A DNA stretch of 64,000 nt, taken from positions 1,366,276 through 1,430,275 of the forward strand of contig MU057344.1 in NCBI GenBank assembly GCA_013239625.1, written 5' to 3'. This document shows positions 12,836 through 22,900 of this stretch, piece by piece (the stretch's first letter is position 1; each line of letters starts with the position of its first letter). The notes beneath the pieces are model-generated. The model searched no databases, had not been told where the DNA came from, and was given only the letters and a program-made list of their open reading frames with translations. Source of the stretch: Lama guanicoe. Its lineage: Eukaryota. The translations under genes and the position numbers were made by a program.

Positions 12836-13621
12836 CACGCCTGGGCCTCCCAAAGGCACCTGCTTGTGACGTGCCTCAGACAGAAAACACAGACAGGACT
12901 GTGTTAACAGGGCCGCCTGGACCCCGTCCACCTCCTGACCCAGCTGTCCAGCCACAGCTGCCCTGCACGCCCAGGCCGGCCTCCCGCAGTGGTCCCTGCT
13001 GTCTGTCTTGTCCTGTGTAGAGAAGCAGCAGCAGCTGCTGCCCACCCGGGGCGGCTGGAGGAGGGGTGGGGCGGCCCCGGCCCGGACGCGGCATGTGTGC
13101 CCCGATGCCAGCCCCACCGGGCTCATCTGAAACGCGATCCCCACGCTCCGTCCGCCCCGCGGAGTGAAGATGCTGCTCCCAGCCTGAGCGCTGGTGAGAG
13201 ACACGGCCAGCTGCCCATCAGGCCTGGCCCGAGGCCCCCGGGAGAGGACACCAGCACGCGTGATCAATCAGTCCCAGCACTTCCCAACATGATTCTCGAG
13301 TTACCCGCCACAGGGCTGACGTCACAGCGGCGGCCACCCAAGCCAGAGGAGAAAGAGGCCCCTCTGTTTCAAACCCAGGAGCCAGGACGGGCCAGCGTCT
13401 CGGTGCCTCAGAATTCTGCTCCCCTCAGCTTCAGGAGCGAGAGGACCAGTGCTGGGGTCTTTGTTTACGTCAGATTATGGAAGTAATGGTGCTCACTGTA
13501 GAGAATGTGGAAAATCTAGAGAAGTAAGAGGGAGAGACAGAAAGTATTCAGAATCCCACCCCCTTACATTGGCTTCTAGTATCTGCTGTCACATAGCTCC
13601 ACTCACCTGCCTTGCAGCTCC

Positions 13622-13962
13622 TCATCCGTCCACGCAAGCCATCTATCCGTTCATCTGTCCACGCAAGCCATCCGTCCATCCATCCATCCATGCAAGCCAT
13701 CTGTCTGTCCATCCGTCCATGCAAGTCATCCGTCCGTTCATCCATCCGTCCATCTGTCCATGCAGACTATCCATCCGTCCGTCCATCCGTCCACGCAAGC
13801 CATCCGTCCATTCCTTTCCTCAGTCTGTCCATCCATCCATCCATCCATCCACTATCCATACATACATACATGGTTCATCCATCCATTCATACATGGTTCA
13901 TCCATCCATTCATCTATTCATACATCCTTTCTTCCATCCATCCATTGATGCATCCATCCATC
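13622..13962. repeat. Degenerate (CCAT)n microsatellite with recurring GCAAGCC interruptions
   Basis: CATC/CGTC tetramers with repeated TCCA(C/T)GCAAGCCATC units. Confidence 0.9.
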
Positions 13963-14114
13963 TTTCCAAACACACTTTCCTCTTGACCAAATCCTTCAGT
14001 TTGCCCAGATGTGTTTCCTAGATCTGGTATTTAAGCAGAAAAAAAAATCCAATCATAAAATAACATGCTAGTAACAGGCGGTGGGAGAGGGGATGGTGTG
14101 GCACTGCAGCTTCG

Positions 14115-14252
14115 TATGTGTGAGTGAGAGTGTGTATGGGCGTGTCTGTGAGTGTGCGGGTGGGAACGGGAGCATGAGTGCGTGTGTGGGAACGTGAGTG
14201 GGAGCGCGTGGGTGGGAACGGGAGCAGGAGTGCGTGTGGACGTGCGCACGTA
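14115..14252. repeat. TG-rich low-complexity tract with a ~26-bp minisatellite
   Basis: GTGGGAACG occurs three times at about 26-bp spacing inside a TG-rich tract. Confidence 0.75.
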
Positions 14253-14589
14253 TGTCCTTGTGCCACCAGGGGTGGAGGGGTCTTGTTGTGTGAGGCTGGC
14301 AGACATGGGCATGAACTCTCCGTGGGTCTGCCACGAGAACTCTGGGTCCTACCATCTGCGCAGACATCCATTTATCAGGCCCCACGGGGACTGCCCACTC
14401 CCTGCCTTGTCAGGCCCAGGGCACGTCCCGCGTCAAGATGCGTGACTGAGTCTTCGCTTGCCACAACGCCAGGGGTGCCTGCCGGAGCCCGCTGTCCCAC
14501 ACATGGTCCACGTTAGCCGTCCCCCCTCAACCTGTGTCCATGAAGCGCCTGGCCCTGGTGGTCAGTCCCCGCCCCCACCGCCAGCCCAC

Positions 14590-14860
14590 CTCCACTTCTA
14601 ATTGGGCCGCAAAGCCGTTTAATGGTGTCTGCGCGGCTGCAGGGCTGCTCGGGGCAGACAATGCGCTATTCATGTCCAAACAGAACACGAGCGATCGGGC
14701 TAATATCTTTAAGCTGAAAAGCAAGGCTTAATTGGAACAGATGCAGCCAATTCCAGTGCAAAAGGCCAGCTCCTATGTGATCGAAACCAGGTATGTGCCA
14801 GGGGTTCGCTTTAATAGTGGCTTTTATTTTTTTTATTGGCTTATACAAAACTCACTAAGA
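14590..14860. promoter_or_regulatory. Putative conserved enhancer (homeodomain/SOX/E-box rich)
   Basis: TAATTG (14599), TTAATGG (14619), ACAATG (14658), TTAATTGG (14728), CAGATG (14738) and TTTTATTGG near 14831. Confidence 0.55.
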
Positions 14861-14981
14861 CTCTGCACGAAGACCGCGACGGCCTCTCAGAACTCCTCCG
14901 CGGTGCGAGGCCGGGGCCGCCACGCAGGCGCCCCGCCGCCGGGGGACGCTGCGCCCGCCGCCTCCGCGGCCGGGGCTGCGG

Positions 14982-15302
14982 GCCTTTCCAGACGTCGGGG
15001 CCGCGCCCTCCCCGGCTCTGCGCAGCCTGGCGGGGCCGGGCCGCCGTCCCGCACACGGCCTCGCCTCGCTCGGGCAGCCTCCCTGTGCCGACGCCCGCGG
15101 ACCCCTGCCTCCGCGCTAGAACTGCAGCCGTCCCGCCAGGGAGCCTTTCCAGACGTCGGGGTCGCGCCCTCCCAGGCTCTGGGCAGCCTGGCGGGGCCGG
15201 GCCGCCGTCCCGCACACGGCCTCGCCTCGCTCGGGCAGCCTCCCTGCGCCGACGCCCGCGGACCCCTGCCTCCGCGCTAGAACTGCAGCCGTCCCGCCAG
15301 GG
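14982..15302. repeat. Tandem duplication, 2 x 161 bp, CpG-rich
   Basis: gcctttccagacgtcgggg...gtcccgccaggg starts at 14982 and again at 15143, with about 4 substitutions between copies. Confidence 0.95.
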
Positions 15303-15794
15303 CTTCCGCTTTTTCTGTCTTGGCCGAGTCTTCGGGTGCGGGAGGAACCTCCTGACTCAGGGCTGCCGGCGGCCACGCTGCCTCCGGTGCCCCGCTGAAC
15401 AGAAGGCGCTCATGTTCCGTGCCTTCTGCTTTTTCAGAGAAAGACGCCACTCCCAGGGCTCCCAGCTCCTCTCGGGACTTGGGAAGGGCCGGTCTCCTGG
15501 CTGTGCCGAGGGGCCCTTGCCTGCCTGCCCCATCCGCCCAGCTGGGCGTCAGACAGGCCCGGAGCCACCGGCCCCGGCCAGAGCACGCCCGACCCGGCTT
15601 GTCGAGCGTTGCGCGTCGCCTCAGGTTCCCTACAGCGTAGTTTTTGTTGTAAAAGCTAAAATGAGCACGGCTCCCTGGCCAGCGAGGACTCCCGTTCGCT
15701 GGCACTCCACACACCGCAAGGGACCTGTCGGGAGGGTTTATCAGCACCAATGTCTGAGGAGGAACATTTAGCTTCAGGTAGGATCCAACTTTGC

Positions 15795-16070
15795 CGTCCA
15801 CCCGTCCACTCATCCGTCCACCCATCTGTCCACCCGTCCACACACCTACCCACTTACTTAGTACTCACTCTGCTCCTACTAAGTGTCCAGCGGCGCGTAG
15901 AATCCCCCCGCCTAGTGTGCACACGGGACACTCCCGGGCTGGTGCACAGGCTGTGGGGTGGCTGGGCGGCCTGTGCCAGTGGCGGGTGGCCCAGTGGAGG
16001 CCAGGGGACCAGGAAGTCAGTGAGCAAACTCTGCACGTGCACAGAGGTGAGGTGAAGGAGGGGTCCTCTG
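15795..16070 (-). mobile_element. CCAT-like tail plus degenerate antisense L2 fragment
   Basis: Degenerate (CCAT) run followed by cacttacttagtactcactctg..aagtg, typical of a reverse L2 3' end. Confidence 0.35.
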
Positions 16071-17619
16071 TCTGGGGCTGGGGGCCGGCACCTGCAGGCC
16101 CTTCCTGCAGGAAAGGCTCTCCCGTCCAAACCAAATCCCCCAAGAAATCGCTTCTCAGGCTCAGGGCTCTGGAAAACCTCCAGATAATTAGTGGGCCGAG
16201 AGGAGGGGGAGCTTAACACCCGGGGAAGTGAGAGTCAGGGGCCATTAACCGGGGGTGGCCAGCCATTCCTCCCCTGCCCTGCACGGAGCCCCAGGCCAGG
16301 GAAATGCAGGTCAAGCGGGGCGGTGGCCATCCTGTGACCCTCTCCCCCGAGGCCCCGGCTGTGGGAACCTGGGCCCAGCATCCCGAGAGCTTCAGGGTCC
16401 TGCTGCCAGACCCTCGTTCGTCCGACAGCAGAGGGCTCGCCCAGGGTCACAATGGGGACAGTCAGTGTCGCCATGACCATGGCCCAGGTGGCCCTACCCT
16501 GGCTCTGGCTAGCCCATCGCCCCTCCAGTGGGCTGGCAGGTGCGGGCCTCAGCAGCCCCCGTGGAGCCTTCCCGTGCCGGCGCACTTGCCGCCCTCTGGG
16601 TGCGGCAGTGAGAGGACCCTGGGGTTCAACGGAGGCCGAGGAGCCGGTGACTTGTGGAGCTGGGGTCAAAACTCAGGTCTGTTTCTCTCGGGACCCGAGA
16701 CGCCCCTGAGGAAGATGGCCCATGAGACACATCCCCTGGGGGACGGGTTCCAGAGGCTGGCGGGGGCTGGGGCCCCGGGTGCGACATCAGATGCGGAGAC
16801 TGGAGGACCAGCTGCCGCGAGGCTGGGAAGGGCGGACGGGGCAGGGAGGGCCCCCGGGAGAAGGGGGTCGTGGCTCTTTCGCAGACCTCTTAGTTCCCGT
16901 TTCAATGGCTTCTTCAAAGGATTTTTTAGAACCATGGACTCTTTCCAGTGTAGAAAAAAGTGTGGAGAATAACGTGCCAGTGGCCCGCACTCACGCTGAC
17001 GCCACCTTCGTCCCACTTGTCACTTGGACAGCCCTCAAGCCCGTTCTGTTTCCACCGGAATCTCTCACCGTGGCTTTGGCTGTCCCCACCCTCCGCTGGG
17101 CATCACTCGTTCAGCCCTGCTTGGCGCGTTGCCTGAAGGGCCCGTTGGGGTGGCGGCGTCCCCGAGGGACACGGCCGTGCTTACGTGTGTGGCTGCTGTG
17201 CAGTTCCGGCCACACTCGCCTGGTCTCCCGGGACGGCATCCGGGTCCCTTCCGAGGCCCTGCTGCTGTGAACGATGCCAAAACAGATCTTCGTGCAGCGA
17301 TTCCTTGTGGCCCACAGGTGAGCTTTGTAGGGGTGGGACTGCTGGGCAGGTACCTTCACCTACGACACTTGCCAAGAGCTTGCAGGCGCTGCCCAGCCCC
17401 GGCGCCTCCAGCGCAGCCATGAGCCCGCGGGCACCAGCACGGGGCGGCAGGCCTCTGCCCTTGCCCGGCCAGGTCCTGGGGGCCTGTCCCCCCTGCTCTG
17501 ATGAGCAGCTCCCTCGTGGCTGGTGACTTTGAGCATCTCTGCTAGATGTCCAGGCATTCGGGTGACTGCCTCTGTGAACGTCCCTGATGCCCTCTGCCGT
17601 ATTTTCTATTGGAATGCTT

Positions 17620-18830
17620 TGGCATTGTTCTTTTTCCTGCTGCGTCTTTTTTTAATGAACATTTTGTTTGAAGACAACGCACAACCAGAAAAAATGAAAA
17701 GCCATAGGTGTGCCAGAGAGTGAATTTTCCCGAAGTGGGCACACTCATGCATCCAGCACGCAGGTGGAGGCACATGACATTCCGGAACCCCAGCAGCCCC
17801 CTGGGGTCCTTCCCACCGCGACCTCACGTTCGGGACCGAAGGCAGTCATTGCCCGGCTCGTTACGCTGCCACGGGCCTCAGGCGCGCGGTTTCTCACTGG
17901 GAACAATCGCTGGTGCATCCTGACCCCCTTGAGCGTTTTCCTGTTTAATGAGTGACTCACCCATCTGGTCTGACATGGAGTGTTTCCAGTTTGACGGTGT
18001 TTGGATTACAGGTCTTTGCTGATAATCCTGTCCGTGACGGCGGTGACACCCGTGCACCGTGCCCGCCGGGTACGACCGTGCGGCGGACTGTTGGCCCCGG
18101 AGCGTGTGCTGGTTGTGCAGTCTCCTCTCAGGGGTCCCAGAGCCTTTGGCTTATAACGCGGTCCCCCGGCAGCACGGGGCGACCCCCGCTGCTCCCCACG
18201 CTCGCCAAGACGCAGCTCGTTGGTCTTCCCGGCTCAGCCGCGCCGAGCTAGCGGGCTGTGGGCTCTGTTTGCATTTTTCTGAAGCTGGAGGAGGCTGGGG
18301 CTGCTTCATGCTTCTCGGCCGTCTGCCGCTCGACCTTCACGCAGGTCCTCTCGACGGCGCGCCCGCGTGTCCATCAGGTTGCCTGTGGGTCTTCCCGACA
18401 CGGGCTCGCTCCCCGCCGTCCTGGCTGCCATCCGTTGGCCAGTCATGTTGCCGCAGAGTTCCTGCCCCACTCACGTGGACGTCTTGCAAGGGATGGAATT
18501 CCCCAATTTTACTTCATTCTGTTTATTAATCTTCTTCTGGTCAGTACTCTGGGTGCCCTGCTCAGAGCCTCGGCCTGGCGAGGTCGTGAACGCCTTTCAC
18601 GAGGTTCTCTCCAGACATCCCACTGGTTTCCTCTCACATTTAGGGCTCTCTCCGCCTGGAGTGCATGTTTTTCACGTGGTGGGAGGTAATGGCCAAGTGT
18701 CATTGTTTTGCTGACTGACTATCCAGTCGACCCAGTACAACTGGTGAAAAATACCATCCTCTCCCTACTCTTCTGTGTCTCTGTCCTTGTCAGAAGCAAG
18801 TGGCCGTACAAGGGGGCCCCTGCTCCGTGA
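17620..18830 (-). mobile_element. Ancient LINE-1 (L1ME-like) 3' region, antisense, strongly GC-shifted
   Basis: gtgaattttcccgaagtgggcacactc..ccccagcagccccct resembles an L1ME 3' end; atccagtcgacccagtacaactggtgaaaaataccatcc resembles antisense L1 ORF2. Confidence 0.65.
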
Positions 18831-18919
18831 GTCTGCAAGGATGAGGATGAAGTCGGCATGGAGCTAGTCGGTTGTAAACAGAGATGGAAAGTCTAGACTT
18901 TCCATCTCCTACGCTGCCA

Positions 18920-19330
18920 CTTTGTGGCTTTGAAGACCAGCCATCATCTCAGAGCTTCTGCGGGTCGTGAATCCGGCACAGCCTGACCGATCTCTGCTCA
19001 GGGTCGCACAAGGCTGTAGGCAAAGTGTCGGGTGGACTGGGTCCATTTCTGAAGCTTGGAATCCTCTTTGGGGCTCACCGTTATTGGCAGAAATCAGCTG
19101 CCTGTGGTTCCATGACTAAGGCCTTTGTTTCCTTGCTGGCTGGCTGCCAGGGTCTTGTCTCACTCAGCTCCCAGAAGCTGCAGTCGCGTCCTCACCATGT
19201 GGCCCCCTCCATCCTCACAGCCAGCAGGGAAGACGGTCCCGCGTGTCTGATGTCTCTCACGCTTCAAACCTCTGCTGCCAGAACAACCCTGCTCCCTTCA
19301 AGGGCTCGTCTGACAGATTTGGCACCTTAA
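18920..19330 (-). mobile_element. MaLR solo LTR (MLT1E/F-like)
   Basis: ctctgctcagggtcgcacaaggctg..ttggcagaaatcag..gactaaggcc..ttgctggctg..atgtggccccctccatc follows the MLT1E/F reverse consensus. Confidence 0.75.
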
Positions 19331-19699
19331 TCGTCCCTACAAATAGGCTCCTGTTGTGCTGTTGTGGTCTGGATGTGCTGGGGGCGGGAACGTGCCTTCC
19401 CCTGCTCCAGCCGATCCTGGGAGAGGAGCATGCGTCACTGGCGGAGCCTGAGGTCGGGGGTGGTGTCACAGGCAGAGGGAGACTGATCTGCTCTCAGAGA
19501 AACAGAATTGCTGTTCGTGCGCTCAGCCTGTGGCTGCTCAGAACGCGCCCTACAACCCAGCCTCCTTTGTACCTGCTTGTGACCGTGGGGACGATCTGAC
19601 TGACTGGAGCGGAAGTGGACGTACAACTTCAGCACTTAGGGAATTCTGATCCTTCTTGTGTCCAGTCTTATGGAGACACGTGGTTGAGGTCTTGAGTCT

Positions 19700-19905
19700 T
19701 CCTGGATTGGACAGCTGAGGGTCACGCTTAGAGGTGACGAGGACAAAAGGGAAGGAGCCTGTCCTCGGATGGCCTCCTAAAATTGAACTGTCACACCAGC
19801 GGTGGGTGACCTCTCTCCAGCCGTCAGGGAGGTAAACCTTAGTGTTGAAACTACTGTGCGTTGACTCTTTTGTCGATTGCTTTCGACCTAAGCCTGATGA
19901 ACACT
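19700..19905 (+). mobile_element. Old MaLR LTR 3' fragment (MLT1J/K-like)
   Basis: ggaaggagcctg..cctcggatg..aaaccttagtgttgaaactactg..cctgatgaaaca resembles old MLT1 3' ends. Confidence 0.4.
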
Positions 19906-19909
19906 TGTG

Positions 19910-22900
19910 GTAACTAATGGGAATTCAGCTTTCTTACGCTAAGCCATTTGCATTCCTCTGATAAATCCCGTTGTGTGATGACATTTTGTCTTTTATTGGC
20001 TTGCGTGTTCCACCTTGCTGGGTTTAATTTTTGGCCGTCCTGTTTATGAATTAAAAAAAAAATCCGTTCGTAAGTGTGGTCAGCCTGTAATTTTCCTCTC
20101 CTCTTGCCCTTTCCTGTTTCTGACAGAGTGATTTTTGCTCCATTAAATCATTTGGGAGGGGTCTTTCTTTGTTAATATTCTTTGAAATTGCTTAGAATTG
20201 GAACTTTTTATTTATTGACTATTTTGGAGATTACCCTCTAAAATGCAGTGACCCTGCTGATGCGTTTTCATGGTGTACTCTGAATTACATTTAATGGTAA
20301 AAGATTTTTGCAGAAATGTATATTTCTTTTTTACTAAGTTATTTTCTAAGCTAAATTTTGGACTTTTTTTGGATTGCACCAGTGTTTCCCCGGATGTGCT
20401 TTTTCTATTCCAGGATCGTACACTATCTTTGGTTGTCATGCCTTCTTGGTCTCCTCCAGCCTGTGACATCCTTGTCTTTCCTCGGCATTCGTGGACCTCG
20501 ACACTTTTGAAGAGTACAGCTCAGGTATGTCAGAATGTCCCGCAGCGTGGGTTCGTCTTGTTTCCTCATGACTGTGTGGAGATGGTGCCTTTGGAGGAGA
20601 GACTGTCGCGGAGGTGACACGCCTTTCTCAGTGTGCGCTAGCAGGGCGCAGCGACGTCACTGTGTCTTACTGCAGGCGATGCCTGCCTGGACGTTGTGGG
20701 CAAGGTGATCTCTGTCAGGGTTTACTCTGCCACGTTACTAATGAACATCTGGGGGGCAGTACTTTGAGGCTATGCAAATATCCTGTTCGTCCTTAAACCT
20801 TCACCTGCGTATTGCAGCTTCCTTGGTGGACTCTGCCTGCAGCAGTTGTTACTGTGGTTTTTCTAACGGAGATTTTAAAATTTCCCTCCGTTCATTTTTA
20901 CGTCTCTTAGTTGAAACGTTTCTGTGAGGAGAGCTTCCTATTCCCCCACATTTGTTTGTCTATTTAATCATCTGTTTATGAACTCACGAGTGGGTCCCCC
21001 TCATCTAATGCTGTTGTTATTTATTATATCATTCAAACTGTTCCAGCTTTGGCTGCTGAAAACTCTTTGGGTTGGTTCCCGTGTCCTTTGGACATACCCT
21101 CCCTGTTTTTCTCAAGGTTGTTTTGACTTTTCTGGTTCCTTTGCATTCGCATATGAATTTTAAGGTAAGACTGGCAATTACTGTCTAAAGAGAAAAGCCA
21201 GCTGGGAATTTGATGGAGATTGCATGGACTCCCTGGGCCAATTAGGGGAATACTGCCATTTCCACAATATTAAGGCTTTGGATCCATGGAGACGAGTATC
21301 TTTTCATTATTTACCACTTTTATTTCTTTCAACAGTGTTTTACAGTTTTCAACGTACCAGTCATGAACATCTTTTGTTAAATTTGTTCCTAAGGAGTTCA
21401 TTCTTTCTGAATGTATTATAAATGAAATGGACTTCTTAATTTCATTTTCAGACAGTTCGTTGCTCATGTGTAGAAATATAATTTCTGTTTGTGTACTAAC
21501 CTGTGTCCTACAACCTGCTGATTCTACTAGTGTGTTTATTCCTCAGGATTTTTCCACGTGCAAGACTGTGTCACCTGTGAATAAACATAGTTTTGCTTCT
21601 TCTCCAAACTGGATGCCTTTTATTTCTTTTTCCTGCCTAACTGCCCTGGCTGTTACCCCTCGTGCAGTGCTGAACAGAAGCGGTGAGAACTGCCTTCCTT
21701 CTGTGTTCCTGGCGCTGAGGGCTGCTGTCAGCGTTCGCACTGAGCAGAGATGAGCTGCTGACTTTCCGTGACAGCCTTTCTCAGACTGAGGAGGTGCACT
21801 TACACTCCGAGTTTGTTGAGTGGTTTTGCCACGAAAGGGTATTGGATTCTGTTAAATGACTTGTCTTTTTTATTAAAATGATCGTGTTGTTTTTGTCTTC
21901 ATTCTATTCATTGGGTGCCTTAGATTAATTGATTTTCCTATGTTAAACCAGCCTTAATGTCTTGGTGTGGATTCCCCTTGGTCGTGGTGTATGAGCGTTT
22001 TTACGTGCCATTGGATTCAAATTGCTGGTGTCTTTGGATGGCTTTTGCATCAATATTCATAAAGGGATCTGGCCTTTTTCCTAGAGTCTAGTCTGGTTTT
22101 CTTGTCCTGGGTGTCTTTGTCTGGCTTCAGGGTCAGGATGTTACTGTCTTCATAGCTTGAGCTAGAAAGTGCTCCCTCTTTTTGTTGTAGGAGTTTGTGC
22201 TGGTTCTTTTTTAAATGCTTGGAAGGAACTTGAGAACCAGGAGAGCTCACGGTGTCGTTCCAGCCCAAGAGCTGACAGGCCGGGAACCCTGGAGGACCAG
22301 GTGTTTCAGTTCCAGCCCGAGGCGGGAGAAGCCCGAGGTCCCGTCTTGCAGGCGGGCCGGCAGAGGGGTTCCCGCCTACCCCTGGGATTGCCAGACTCTG
22401 TTCTGTTCAGACCTTCAGCTGCTGGACGAGACCCGTCTGTATTAGGGGGACAACCTGCTTTACTGAGTCACTGATTCCGATGTTAATCTCATCCAGAAAC
22501 GTCCGCACAGACGCACCCGGAGCCGCGTCTGACAGGCCCGTGGGTCCCCCATGGCCCAGCCGCGCTGGCACACGGCGGTGCCCGCCACCCCTTCCTCCCG
22601 CGTTAGGGCTAGTTTGCCCCTCTGTTCTCGGTGCCTTAAGCTGGAAGGTGAGGTTATTGATCTGCGATCTTTCTTGTTTCTCAGTGTCTGCGTTTGTAGC
22701 TGTAACTTTCGTGCTGTTCTGTCTTGGCTGCCTCCCGTAAGTTTTTGCATGTTGTGTTTGCATTTTCACTCATCCCAAAGTCGGCCCTCATTTCCTTCCT
22801 GACTCCGTGGATTCATGAGTTATTTAGGAGTGTGTGTGTAACTTCCACACATTTGTGACTGCCCCAGTATTTCTTCTGTTCCTGACTTCTACTTTCATTC

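Noticed and set aside
13449-14021. His/Pro/Ser/Ile-rich ORFs (similar cases at 46215-46556 and 55612-56043)
   Set aside because: Translations of microsatellites.
14160-14240. Short regularly spaced direct repeats superficially like a CRISPR array
   Set aside because: Mammalian context, only three short units, and the spacers are similar low-complexity TG sequence. It is a minisatellite.
14732-15771. ORFs with internal peptide repeats (182 and 311 aa)
   Set aside because: The peptide repeats simply reflect the 161-bp DNA duplication, whose period is not a multiple of 3.
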